Positions 11,683 through 24,960 of a DNA stretch of 64,000 nt are shown here, in pieces (position 1 is the first letter of the stretch; every line of letters begins with the position of its first letter). Both the position numbers and the translations under genes were made by a program. The notes under the pieces were generated by a model. That model was not told where the DNA came from. It did not search any database and was given only the letters and a program-made list of their open reading frames with translations. The DNA comes from Antedon mediterranea. Taxonomy: Eukaryota > Animalia > Echinodermata. The stretch is from the NCBI RefSeq assembly GCF_964355755.1, contig NC_092672.1:37020437-37084436 (forward strand), read 5' to 3'.

Positions 11683-14600
11683 CTAAGCGACAAAACCTTC
11701 ATTGACTTTCTCGCTAACTGTATCAAGACCGTCTCCCATTGGCTGGTATCCCGCTTTCAAACGGTTGACATTCAAAGCTGGTCCCCAATTTTCTGTCGGT
11801 TTCATCAACATAGAGATTCGCTATAATATAAAGAAATAAGATTACATACTGTGTGCTAGTTTGGGTTCCAGACGGAGTTTTGGCTTAATATTAGTAAAAA
11901 GATAAATATTTTTGCATATATGGCGTTTCATACGTATATTATTTGAGCTTGGATTTTCCAGACAAAAATCGAAACGTCGACTGGTGGACTAACATAAAAA
12001 AGACAATAAATACAGACTTGGAGCAGGTCTGATTGTATGCTAGCATAACACAACACACAATGCGCATGAAACCAGAGTTGTCTGTATACGAATCGACAAT
12101 AGCAGATAAAAGTAGTTTATTATGGATGAAATAAAATTCATTTACGTCAACATTCTCACTTCATATGGGGTAAAATGCATCGTTTAATAATATTTCCTAA
12201 ACCCGCCAAACCGTTTTCTATTTAAATAAAGCCTAACCTTCGACAAGATCACTGAGCACAATATTGTCAATTGTGTGTTCAGACGTCACCCATCAGAATG
12301 TGCGACTCGTTTTAGTCTACTTGTTATGATGTTTATAAAGCCTTATTCATATGAGGTCATAGTGGGATACGGATGAATTACAAATGAATACATTTTCGGA
12401 AAATCTCCAAATAAATAAATTGCAACCATTCATTATAAATAACAGTAATAGACTTGTATTTAGTGTTATTGTTAGGCTAATTCCACCATAAATCTAGTTC
12501 TAACAGAATCAATAGATCGTCTCACTAGAGACGCAACACAAGGACGTAACGCAAAGTAAGTGGGTTGACCAATCACAAGCGATGGATTATTCGAACTGTC
12601 GCTTGTCATTGGTCAACTTGCTTGCGTTGCGTTTCGACTGCGTCCTTGCGTTGCGTCTCTAGCAAGAACAATGCTTAATGGCTACTCAGTACTTACGCTT
12701 AATATCGGACCTTCCTCACGATACACAGCGATCGCGGCATATATCGGAATGACAATAAACGACGAACAACTCAAAATCCAGCCAACAACCTCTGCCCATA
12801 CTGGGTACTCGTAACCACTGTACGTCACTGGGGTATAATATACGAATGTAAAGACAATAATAGCCTACAAAAAAAAAAGAATAAATATTTAAATCTTCAA
12901 ATAGGCTATTTGAAACATGAAGAGAAAGTTGAATAAATATACTGAATGCAGTAGACTTACTATAAGTAAAACTGGGGTAACGATCATCCAGCAAGCCCTC
13001 CAGTAGATTCGTGGTCTGAAGCCAACCATTACCTTGATCTCGTCCAAGAAGCGACCGGTACCTATATACCCAGTAAAACGGCATAACATTAATAGATTGT
13101 ACACTACGGGTTATGACATGACATTAATGTTATTCCGCACATTAACAAAGTAAGCGTGATTCCCACTAAAGCGTGGTTCCCACTAACAACGCAACACAAG
13201 GACGTAACGCAACGCAAGTGAATTGACCAATCACAAGCGATTGCTCATTCGCTTGTGATTGCTAACTGTCTATAACTTTGCTTGTCATTGGTTAAAACGC
13301 TTGCGTTGCGTTTACGTCTTTGCGTTACGATGGATTATTCGAACAGCCGCTTGTCATAGGTAAACTTGCGTTGTGTCTACGTCCTTGCGTTGCGTCTGAA
13401 GTGGGAACCAAGCCTTATGTAAGTGCGTACGACACAACACTTTCCATAATCACATTACGCTATCGCATTCACGGTATAAACGTTGACCGTTGCTGGTTGG
13501 TCGCACCATGGAGGTATCCATGGTGCGACCAGTATCCATGGTCGCACAAATTAACCGCTCGGTCGTCGATTAATTACGATTTTATTAAGATATTGTCACC
13601 CCGTGTTTGTAACCTTAGGTTGCTATATAAACTCCATTTCTATGTACAGACCCAATAAATACTTTCCATGCCTATGTATAAACACATCACATGCTTTGTC
13701 TAGCCGCAATGACAAAAATGAGCTCTTACCGTATAGATAGCTGATGACGCAACAGAATACGATGGCGATGACCATTAGAGAGAAACCAGCCGAATACCAG
13801 TCCATCAGCTGGAAAACGTACATCCCGCCCTGCAAGATAATCAAGTCCGGGGGGTTAGGTATGTTGCATTTAAGGCCTAGCCACTAATCCATCGTCTGGC
13901 GATAATGTATACGCGCATTGAATTAGTTGTTCTTTCACTTAGTCATAATGTTAATTTCAAAGATCCTGCACAGTGTTTTACCATAAAGATAGGATGACAC
14001 AAGTAAAACCTTTTTAGGAACTCCTTCTTGTAGAATTTATTTCTATCGTTCAACTAACTTTTTCAAAAATATTGTAAATTTTTATTTTAATTTTCGACAA
14101 AAATCACTTGCGTAATCTAATATAAAACAGAACTCTAAAAAGTGTATTAAGTATCATTATATGATTTGAACCCGACACATTTTGATATCAGGACAAATGC
14201 CATGCCACAAGACCACGTAATTGAAATATAAAAAAGTATTTTAAGTATTATCAATCATGATATCATGATATGATTCGAACCCGACACAATTTGATATCAG
14301 GACAAGTACCATGCCACAAGACCACGTAATTGAAATGTAAACTTACCCTTGTGACGCATGGTAGGCCGAGAATGAATCCAAGAGCACAACAAACAAACGT
14401 CAATAACGGTTTCCATTTTCTTTGCTTTGGCGGGAGTACGTCATTAATGGCGGATATCACAGTCTCCATCATGGCAAACTATATAGCAAATTATATCAAA
14501 ATCATTAAACTATAACATCATATAATATACTTAGCTTTGTTCCTATGCAGCGCGTACGTACAAGTAATTTAGCCAATCACAATCCATTATAATCTATAGC

Positions 14601-17600
14601 TTGTGATTGGTTAAAATAACTTACGTTCAGTGCTGACGTTGCCTCTCCTAATAAAACGAACTTATGATGAGGAACCGACAGACAGACTATACTAACTAAC
14701 TTTTTAAACTGAATTATATTGAATTATGGCGTTTAATATTTTAGTAAGAGATTTAACTCAACAGAAAAAATGACAAGAAATAACGACGAATTACCTCACT
14801 GTCGAGTCCAAGGGTAAAAAGCATGAAGAAAAATAAAAACGCCCAAATTTGCGAACCCGGTAACAGCGCCAACGCTTCTGGATACACGATGAACGCAAGA
14901 CCAGGACCTAGAAAATAATAAACTAACTCAACAATGTCGGCCTAGCTTTTCAAAGATGCAAATATTAAAACCTACAAAAATAAAAACGTTGAACGAATTG
15001 TCGAGGATAAAGCTTGGTTCTAACTATAAGGAAAGATAGATAAATGAATGCGACTTACCGTCAGCCACTACCTCTTCGATGGGAATACCACTGGTCTTCG
15101 ACATGAACCCAAGAACTGAGAATATGACAAAACCAGCGAAGACGCTCGTTCCACAGTTGGTAAACGCGACCACCAAAGCGTCCCTGCGTTTAGAAAAACA
15201 CAGTACTGTACATTGTATGCTCTATCACTACACTATACTTAATACTTAATACTATCTATGATGATAGTGTACTATATAATAGGTCCAGTCATAATGTATG
15301 TGGCTAACTATTTCAGTGTTGACGTTGCCGACAAATATGGAAAGCGATCACTCTTGCTAAAAAAGTCAGGTGAGAAGAAGACAATGTCAGATCCCCGAGG
15401 CCGTCTCATTTACATGATACACTGGTCATGGGCCTACGGGTTCAGCTGCAAGCGTTACACTCTCTAAAGTTTAAATATATAAATACAAATATATACGACG
15501 TACCTGAAGCAATTGTTATTGAAGTTGTTAAAACTAGACATCGTCATCAATCCTCCAAACGACACACCGAGAGAATAAAAGATTTGAACGGCTGCATCTT
15601 TCCATGGCTGTAAGATATTTGTGTGTTATATTATTAAATATGTTCAAAAAATGGTTAATGTTTCAACAAAGTAAGATACAGTGTGGATTATTACCTTTGA
15701 TGTAGCCAGTATATCCACATCTGGCACGATGTAGAATTCAATTCCATCGCCTGCGCCGTCGAGTGTAACGCCTCGGAAGAACAACACGATTAGGATGATG
15801 TACGGGAACGTAGCGGTAAAGTAGACAACCTGATGAGGCGAGAAAAACAGTTTAAATCAGTTTCTTATTGCCGACAGTATTACCCGTACTCACAATAGTT
15901 TTATGTGTTAACTTTTTGACGTACTTTTTGTAGATTTAGTTTTGTGCTAAACATTTGTGAAACGTACCTTGCCGGATGACTTAACGCCTTTCAAAAGACA
16001 CAGGAAGATGACAACCCAGGACAGGAACAGACATCCAACTAGATCCCACTTGAGGCCACCAGCAGTCTCGATACCATCAGTGATTTCGTGAACATAGCGA
16101 CTGGAATTAAATACATACATTTTATAAGTATCTACACACGCCAACACAATTATGTTTGTTTGTGCGCGCAACGCAAGTAATGTGTTGACCAATCACAACG
16201 CAATGAACCATCCGAACGGTCGCTTATGATTGGTCAACTCAATGTGTTACGTCCAAAACTTAAGAAGTTGTAACCCTTTCTTATTGTTTCGTTCTCATCA
16301 AACCAAGAGGTAGTAAAAATATTCCTGTGTTATTATACTTAAGATGAACATAAAAAAGGAAACAGAACTTTTCACATGCGGCCTATACACATGCGGACCT
16401 ATACACATGCAACGCTTGCTCAAAGATGTACAGAGTGGCGAACACAAGTGAGACTAGCAATGTCTAACGACGAATAGCGTTTAAGATGATGATTAGACTT
16501 AAGCCTTAGTACTTACTGCCAGAATTCATCACTTGCTCGGGTAAATGTGCCTTCGAGCCCGGATATATTTTGCCCAGCAGGGTAACAGTCGGGTGTGTTC
16601 CATGTGTTATTGCAACCAACCCATGGAAGGTCTCCGGTGGTACAGGACTGGATCATATAGTAGATAGTCCATGCTATGATGACATTGTAATAGATACCAA
16701 CCAGACCAGAGACTATTACCATACCGATACCAACACCTAGGAAACAAAATGAAAATAACGTGAGGGCATTGGTTGAGAGAAAGTAATTAAATGTATTATT
16801 CCAAACAGAAACGTATACTATTGAACTATACTAATGAATTGTCCAGTATTATATCGAAGACATAGAATAAATGCTTTTAAGTATCCGTCATTATTCGCCG
16901 TCAATATTCGACGTCAACATTCGCCGTCAATATTCGCCGTCAATATTCGACGTCAATATTCGACGTCAACATTCGCCGTCAATATTCACCGTCATTATTC
17001 GCCGACAATATTCGCCGTCAATATTCGCCGTCAATACTCGCCGTGCCGCACAATATTTTGGTAAAAGTGCTTATCCTGCTGTAATCAACAATTACAACAA
17101 TTTCTCTACTAAATATTAAAAAAAGAAATGTGTATATTTGTGAATTGCAAGGTTCTGTTTATACCTCTGAATAGCGGACTAATGTTCCAGGCTGAGATTG
17201 TTCCCAGGCTAGCGAATTGTCCGAACGCCATCTCCATAAAGAACAGCGGTAATCCAGCACAAATCAGCATAATGAAATACGGCACTAAAAATGCACCTAG
17301 AAAAATAACACAATTCGTTTCAATAAATCTTAATTAATATAATTTATTATTATAATTTTATTTCATATTTATTATTTATTGAGTATTACAAATAATTAAA
17401 TAAGAGATATAAGGTACACCGCACCACTTTTGAAACTCCTTAAATTGCGGAAAAAAGAAGTGCATATCCAAGAGCCTCTATCAAAAAATTAAAAAGGTGT
17501 AGGCCCTATAAGTATCTCGAAAATTATAAACTATTTTATAAGGGCTTCTAATAGAACTTATTTCCACAAAAGAAGCAGAAATTGTTGGCTATATTTAAGC

Positions 17601-20600
17601 ACAATCATCACTTTTTCTGCTGATCTCTTAGTGAAAAGGTCTTGTATATTCTTTTGATGTACCTATGATATTTTTATTGTGACATTTTTCTGTTTTACTT
17701 GTTTATGCCTCAAGTCAACAATACCACAATTGCCTGACTTGGTTTACTGAAAATGTTGATTCAATTAGTAATTCTATATTATAGTAAATCACACTTGATA
17801 TGACAACCACAATGCTTATCCACTATTGACAACGTTGAATCAGAAATCTATGAATATATTCATGAAAGATAAAACAATGCTTATCCATAGACAACGTTAG
17901 ATCAGACATCTATGAATATTCTTGAAGATAAAACATTAATGGAGATTCTTTTACCTCCACCGTTTGAATAACATAGGTAAGGGAACCGCCAGACGTTTCC
18001 AAGACCTACTGCGTATCCGATGCAAGAAAGTAAAAATTCAATATGGCTTCCCCATTGTCCACGACTCTTAATAGCTTCCGAGTCCTCAAACTCCATTAAC
18101 TCCATCTTGCCATTTCGGTCGCTAACGTCCACGTCAACTTCGTTCGCTTCAAGCGCTTTTTTATCCTGAAAATTTAGAAAATATGAGTGCATTTTACACA
18201 ATAGTACTGTGGTAGAGTATGAGTTGGGCTCTGGTCTAGTGGCAGGGACGACGGCTTTACATCGCAGGATATTCCGAGTTCAAATCGCATTTGTTAACAA
18301 TACAATGTTGTTTATAATATCAACATTCAATGAATATAGTATTTAAACTGACAATTTGTAGACGTGTAACTGTCCCAATGCGTTTCATGATATGCCAAAA
18401 TATATGAACTCGTACCCTTCGATTGAACTAGACCACTCCATTGAATACATGATGGCCGAAAATTCCCGAACAAAGCATTCGGCCATCGCAAAGAAATTGG
18501 TCAATACTCATTTTTCATGAACATATTCCTTTATAACATAACCGAATGGATAAAGGGGAATTAGGCCCCATATCCGGTATCGATAATGTAGTTTGGAGGA
18601 GATTAAATTAAACAATGTTGGATTTGACCATATATTATTATAACATAAATGTAAGTAGGCCTCAATTAGGCCTACGCATTTATTAAATGTAATGATGCGT
18701 TCCTGTAAACTAGAGCGCAATCAAATAAAGGGCGACCTTTTCTGAATCCATACTTATCAAATGAACTTTTGAAAATTTATAACACCAAGTTCCTTACAAG
18801 CTTTGTCTGGTGTTGACGCGCTTTTAAGTTTTGTTGACTTTGTAAATATTGATGTACCCTTACGTGGAGAGATGTTTTATACTACAATTATTGTTCTATG
18901 GTAAGGTGATACTACAGAACTTGGTATGTCTTCCCCCGATCTGTCAATATTGGAACTTTTGATGGCCAATAAATACTTGATTTGCTTGAATAGTTGCATT
19001 CATGATCGAATGATGGAAAATTTTGACAGTCGGAAATAAAAAAAATAGTACCCTATTGACCAAATATAAATACAAATCTATTGTACAGTTTAGAATAATT
19101 ATAATCGTTTTTGTATATTCACTATTTAAAAAAACCAAAAAAAAAAAACAAATTGATTATTGAAATGTAGTGTACTACTTAATTAAAAGTGTTTTAGCTT
19201 TTAAATAAATCCGTAATCAAATATTTTATTCTATGTTTTGAAAGTTTTTCCCCTTTCCTTTCCCCTACCAATTACTACTAGAAAAATATCCATAATTCTC
19301 TGGACACGTCCCTGGATACGTCACTTTTTCGTTCCTGGATTTTGTATTGTTAGCAATGAATAGTCATATTTACATTATGTAAGTCTAGGTGTACAAAATG
19401 CATGTCCTCAAACATGACGAGTAATATAATACGTCATGGTTACATTGAAGAATATAAAAGAAGACATTGTCTATTGTGATGACATGAGAGAATTATGTAA
19501 TGGTAATAAATCTACACCCAGTTTGCATTTTTCGTGGCCGAGATTAAGAAGATATATATAACTTGAAATGAAGTTACTTGACCAATCACAAGCGATGATC
19601 CATCGCGTCGTAATTGATCAAATTACTTGCGTTGCGCGGTTATACGTCCTTGCGTTGCATTCTTGGAAACCAAGCTTTATAGTCTTTCGTAAGTTGCGCA
19701 TACTCTGTACGTATCTGTAAAACATTATTTTCATCCGTAAAAATATTTACATCATGTCGCAAGAACTTAATCAAGGACTCTGATAAAATTAACAATTCAA
19801 AATTAACAAACGATTATTGAACTCTTGCTTGTTTTTTGCTTGCGTAAACTTTGTGGGTGTTTTAAGGATATTGAATTTCTCATAATTTTAATTCACTCTT
19901 GACATTGCGTTGTATTACGTTGCAATAATTTCAAAAGGTGAGATGTATGGGGTGCTACTTGAGAACTAATCCACAAACGTACCGTGAGATAACGTCTCTG
20001 TACTTTGATTCCACGGTTCAGTTCTTTGAATGATACGGACAAAGAGGCGAAGGTTGTTTTAACCAGTTACCAAAGGGCATGTCAAATCTTTTGAAAAGAA
20101 ATCTGTTTACATATTGGATAAGGACGTCAAGACATAAACCATTGGGAACAAACATCCTTAAGTCGAGGCCAGGGAAGAATCCTGTACAGATTTCAGAATT
20201 GATTAAAATCCAACACAACCGTGACTGACCCAGGAAAGTTACATAAAAATAAATATAATTGACACAATTAATATGACTATTGTAACAGTGTTCAATTGTT
20301 GTTTCAAATGGTCTTTGTTAAAGTTGTCACTACTAAGTACCAAACTCTTTCAGATTTTTTGTTATGACCTTTACACTTATTATTCTTTACCCAACAAGAA
20401 AGAACAAAACTAATATAATATTCCCAGCGGCAAAGCTTTTAAAATATTTTCATAAAATCCTGTCTCGAAATGTTTGCCCTCTTTGCATGATAACAAAAAA
20501 TGATAAGATAAACAACATATCTTCCTAACCGCACCATTTAATTAGTACCGTACAAAATGCAACGAGTAATATTTCGAAAAGAAAGACAACATATTATATA

Positions 20601-22806
20601 TTCTGTTCCTAGTTAGTTAGTCAAACTTAGCCTACATTATTCTTTTGAAAAGTTAGAAAGAAAAGTTAGAAGTAAACACATTTTTTCATCGGTTTTCAGA
20701 GAAATTTTAATTTAAAATCTTCGTAATTGGAATTGTTAAATCACAAATATAGTTTGATGACGATTTGAACGATGTTTTCATACTCCGAAAGTAACTGGGG
20801 TGAGTATAATAATGTAGGCCAATCAATTCAATGTAAAAAGTTAAGTATTGTCTTTAGTTGAGGTAAACTATTTTTATATGAGCAAAGGTCAAGCCAAACC
20901 TTTATAGATTAAATATATAACAGAGTGTTTTATACTAAGTCATATTTTTTTTCGTTCGCCGAGCTACTGTTTTTGTTTTATTTATTTGTTTAGGAAGTTA
21001 TGCAAAGTATAACAAAAATAGATTGAGTCGAAATACCAACTTATGACAATTAAGGTGCAGCAGTTTAGTTTTATGGTCTTAATCAGGAGGATCATCAATT
21101 GTATTGGAAACAGAGATTAAATTTTGTAAAAAGTTTAAAAGATCATCATAATATCAGAACACAATCGTACTTTTATGTATGGTAACAAATTTATTTTAGG
21201 CTGAGCCTAAAAATGCAACCTAGTTTCGGTGTTTGTACGAATTAGTTAAACGTGGTCGTTAGATAAAGGTTTAAATTTAGTTGTATTGTTGTAATGGGAC
21301 CATCCAAATCGAACGTTTATAAAGTAACAATTGGAATTTTAAAAAGTACCTTGATAGATTATCTATAACAGTGTCCTTAATTGTAATATACACTCATGCA
21401 TCGTTACACTTGGAATAGATTGTTGTTTTGTTGTTAGAAAATTGTTTTTTTGTTGCTATGATTGCGTAACGTTTAAAATAGGTCCCTGTGCTATTCACCA
21501 ATCATACTGAAGTGAGATATTTCCCTTAAATATTAAGTATTTCACTTAACTCGATAAGTATTTAAATATTTCACTTAAATTTTATTGACTTATTTAGGAT
21601 ATTTTTAAAATGTTAATGGTGTTTCCATTATCCTAGTAAATGGTGAATACGGCCACAAGCTGATGTCATCCTCTCAGTTATATCTCTTTTCAATTTAAAA
21701 AAAATGGTGGTAACAGTGAATATGTTAGTACTCCCTAAAGCCTGGTTTCCATAAAATCGCTACACCGTTTCCATTGAAATCGCTACACGCACAGATGTCT
21801 CTCCGATTCATCGCAGTTCAACTTTCGATTTTGTCGGCGATGAATCGTATACGCGTGTACCAAGAATATTTAGCGCTCGCGTACTAGATCATCCCCGATA
21901 AATTCTAGCGTTTTATTTCTATAGAATTGCTACGCTCTGTCGGCGACAGCAGCAGCAGTCGGCGACACGGTGTAGCGATTTTATGGAAACCAGGCAACAC
22001 AGATTTCATTTTGAAACGTCACCAAAAAACCAAAGGACGTAAACGCAAGGACGTAAACGCAACGCAAGTGAATTGACCAATCACAAGCGATGGCTTATTC
22101 GCTTGTGATTGCTAACTGTCTATAACTTCGCTTGTCATTGGTTAAAACGATTGACGTGAAGTCATTATCAATTTTAAGTCACTTTTTTTTTTGACAACTT
22201 CAAAGCGTTGCCGAAGAGTTTGATTTTAAAAAGGTAACCAAGTTAAGTTTCATCTGAATTTGCTAAATAATTATTATCAAGAATAATAATCTATACTGGG
22301 ATAGAAGAGTTTTATTTTAACAAGATATTAACCAAGTTACGTTTCATCTTTGCTAAAAAATTATTATTAGTGAGTGAGTGGCCGAGCGGTTAAGACAGTG
22401 GAACCGTAATTACGTAGCCATAATATCGGCAGGGGTTCTAGGCTCACTCACTCCATGGTTCTGGTGGTAGAACGAGTCTTCTCGGATAAGGATTATAAAC
22501 CGTAGGTCCAGTGTACACATTTAGTTCGTGTGCACTTTAAAGAACCTAGTACATCTTTCGAGACGAGTAGGGGGGTTACCCCGGTGTATTAGTGCATCAC
22601 AGCCACTGATCACCAACTGGGCCCTCTGGGAGACCAGTCTTTGACTGAAGAGGTTACCCAGTATAAATATAAATTTCAATTAAGAAAATAAAAATGGGAT
22701 ACAAATCGGTTCCGTATCTAGGCAAAAGTACCAAGTACTGCTTTAATTTCGGGTTAACGTAATTTAAAATTTAAAATATGTAAATTTAACTTACTATTGA
22801 CGTCAT
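11683..22806 (-). CDS. SLC6 Na+/Cl- dependent amino-acid transporter (glycine/proline transporter-like, SLC6A5/7/9 group), 14 exons
   Basis: Exons 22806-22795 (MTSI, inferred), 18165-17955, 17296-17165, 16736-16517, 16100-15968, 15829-15695, 15607-15504, 15183-15059, 14907-14795, 14478-14347, 13829-13730, 13061-12961, 12864-12697, 11820-11683. Signatures [95 protein letters not shown]. Confidence 0.93.
12515..12678. mobile_element. MITE family B copy
   Basis: cactagagacgcaacacaaggacg...ttgaccaatcacaagcgatgg...cgtccttgcgttgcgtctctag; palindromic arms. Confidence 0.8.
13170..13414. mobile_element. MITE family B copy (PIF/Harbinger-type) with internal duplication
   Basis: TIR agcgtggttcccact/agtgggaaccaagc; TAA and TTA flanks; an extra partial TIR at 13152-13167. 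Confidence 0.85.
14154..14336. repeat. Local direct duplication of ~75 bp
   Basis: tatgatt(t/c)gaacccgacaca..gatatcaggacaa..ccatgccacaagaccacgtaattgaaat occurs at ~14159 and ~14269. Confidence 0.8.
14530..14665. mobile_element. Degenerate MITE family B copy
   Basis: ccaatcacaa..cttgtgattggttaaaa core. Confidence 0.5.
16160..16255. mobile_element. Degenerate MITE family B copy
   Basis: cgcaacgcaagtaatgtgttgaccaatcacaa...tgattggtcaact. Confidence 0.6.
16884..17045. repeat. Minisatellite, 13-bp unit x ~12
   Basis: tattcg(c/a)cgtcaa repeated. Confidence 0.92.
17811..17936. repeat. Tandem duplication, ~65 bp x2
   Basis: aatgcttatcca..gacaacgtt..atcaga.atctatgaatat..gataaaaca occurs twice. Confidence 0.75.
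19570..19679. mobile_element. MITE family B, right half
   Basis: ttgaccaatcacaagcgatg...cgtccttgcgttgc..ggaaaccaagcttta. Confidence 0.7.
21739..21995. mobile_element. MITE family C copy
   Basis: TIR gcctggtttccataaaatcgctacaccg at both ends; body is the reverse complement of 9392-9681. Confidence 0.88.
22033..22150. mobile_element. MITE family B internal fragment
   Basis: aaggacgtaaacgcaacgcaagtgaattgaccaatcacaagcgatggcttattcgcttgtgattgctaactg, near-identical to 13198-13300 and 40246-40325. Confidence 0.8.
22372..22682 (+). mobile_element. tRNA-derived SINE with Deu/Nin-like central domain
   Basis: Head with A box tggccgagcgg, degenerate B box ggttctaggc and stem gagtgagt/actcactc; centre taaaccgtaggtcc..taaagaacc..ttcgagacgagtaggggg..ccccggtgt resembles the Deu-SINE domain as I recall it; 3' part recurs at 52230-52437. 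Confidence 0.75.
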
Positions 22807-23556
22807 CTTCGTAGGATTTTTTCGAATCTACTAACTGATCTTGAAAGTATAGCGAGTGTGTCCCTCCTCACTACCGCTTAACGTGAGAGTGCTAAGTTAA
22901 TAGTTAAGAACTAAAAAGTAAGATTAACTGCGCAATCAGTTCAATTGTTGTCTGATAGACTCGCCTTTTCTGATTGGTCAGTTGTCTAATTTATTCGTTT
23001 ACGTCATTCCACATTGTCAGAGAGAAAGAGATAATGATAATAAGAGCCTTCGGTAATTAATCGTCGTCATGAAGTGTTTTGTACTTATACTGATCCTTAA
23101 TAGTTTTGTTGTACCTCCATAGTTTTGTAATCTCCATTTCAATTGATTTCAACCTTTAATTAATCGAGACTATAAGCACTGGGCGTGTGAACAAGAAGTG
23201 TGAGAAAACTGGATCGTTAACTCTCATGTGAACTTGAACTAAAGCTATACCATTATTATATCTAATAAAATCTCAGTGAAACTCATTTCACTTAATTCGT
23301 TTAGTACAGGAATATGAATATGCTTATATTTTGTATTTGCCCCTTATGAGTATGATGAATCGGTAAAAGCATATAGAGTTAGATAGAGAGTCATTTTTTT
23401 TGTTTTCTATGGGTAAAAGTCATTTTAGAATAAGCGTCGTATATAGAGGACGCTATTCCTGATTTCGACACGAATAGGTATATTCACTGAAAATCAATCT
23501 ATAGTTCTATTATAACCTAGGCTCTGAAATAGAAATAGTACCACGGTAACTGGTCC

Positions 23557-23780
23557 AGTGGACCAAATTTGGCACCGGTGGAGCACAGGGATATAAAATC
23601 ACTAATTATAAGTCACTAGCTACATTTTAATATCTGTTCGTATATGTTATTACACTGTGCTCAAGTGGACCTAATTTGGCGCCAGTGGATCACAGTGATA
23701 TAAAATACTAGAAATCAGTCACTTAATTTTGATATCTTTTCGTATATATATCTAAAGTCATGTGCACAAGTGGTGGACAC
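23557..23780. repeat. Diverged tandem repeat, ~108-bp unit; third copy interrupted by a LINE
   Basis: gtggacc(a/t)aatttggc(a/g)cc(g/a)gtgga(g/t)cacag(g/t)gatataaaat at 23558 and 23666; third unit begins at 23773 and resumes at ~24512. Confidence 0.7.
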
Positions 23781-24510
23781 AATTCAATTCAATTCAATTC
23801 AACTTTATTTCAGACAAACTGTCCATATGAAACACATAAAGTTTACAAAAACAACACATTATTATGGCTATACTGATACTAGTTAACACACGTAAAAGTA
23901 TACATGAGATTAAATATACAAAAGTTCTGTCTATTTTCTATGCAACTTTGAATCTTTTAGAATACGAGAAAAAACACATGTAATTAAAGTATTACAGCTT
24001 TTTTCAATTTTTGTTTTGAAACAAAAAATTGATTTCCGAATGTACTCATAGAAGGAGGGAACATGGTTATCAACAAACAACGCACTAGCACTACAGCTCC
24101 TTGAGCGTCTTAAAATCTTTCTAAGTGCGTTATTATAACAGACCTGTAATGACTTTATAGTTCTTACATTAAAATCGCACCATAAGGCCGCACAATACAT
24201 ACTAATACAGTATGACTTAAACAAAGTAATCTTAACATCTGTTGAGCATTTACTAAATTTTCTACAAAGAGAGTTACCTCTAATACATAATGATCGATAT
24301 TGCCTTTTAATATCCAGTTCGTCCCTAGTATCATTGCTGATAACACAACCAAGGTAGGTAGTGGATTGAACGTAATTTAGTTCTTTACCACATAGAACAG
24401 TAACATAATTACCATTCAGTTTTCTTTTCCTAGGGCAAAAACACATGCAAATTGATTTTTTTGAATTATATAATACATCAAAGTCATTAGCAAAATCCTC
24501 ACATATGTTA
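23781..24510 (-). mobile_element. 5'-truncated non-LTR retrotransposon (C-terminal part of RT ORF2, RTE-X-like) with (TTGAA)n tail
   Basis: 171-aa ORF with YLG..DIKRQYRSLCIRGNSLCRKFSKCSTDVKITLFKSYC..LW, typical of the region after the LINE RT; 3'UTR ends AATAAA plus (TTGAA)4; possible imperfect TSD acaca(a/g)tt. Confidence 0.85.
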
Positions 24511-24635
24511 ACACAGTTTGGCGCCAGTGCAGTGGAGCATTTGCAAAATAGTCACATAGAAAAACTTCGAGAAAAAATACTAAATCTCGAATTCAAAAAT
24601 ATTACAAACTTGATATAGCCTAGGCCTATAAGTTA

Positions 24636-24960
24636 AATATCGGTTACTTGATCCGTAATGCAAATGAAAAAAAAATAGTTTCAACCCAACAATTTGTCCT
24701 TGATCGCATAGGCCTATCCGATAATTATCCGATTTAAAAAATCGGTTAATTTGTATCGGTTAATTATCGGTTATTTTTGGCTGCGGAAACACGGCGACCT
24801 TTGGATTAATTTTTTTCGTCGAACACGATTGAAAATTCTAAAAAAACTTTTATGATTGGTTGTATTTCATCAGGTGACTCACGATCGATCATGTGAGTTT
24901 CTGCGGTCGCCTTTTCTTCGCTTCATTGATTCCGAATTGAATAAACAACACAATTAAAAT
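24636..24960 (+). promoter_or_regulatory. Probable RABGEF1 promoter / 5'UTR exon region
   Basis: Four ATCGGTTA motifs in 24639-24773, reverse CCAAT box at 24856, CpG-rich; followed by splice-donor candidates and an AGGCCTAG-rich first intron ending at the acceptor at 25655. Confidence 0.45.
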
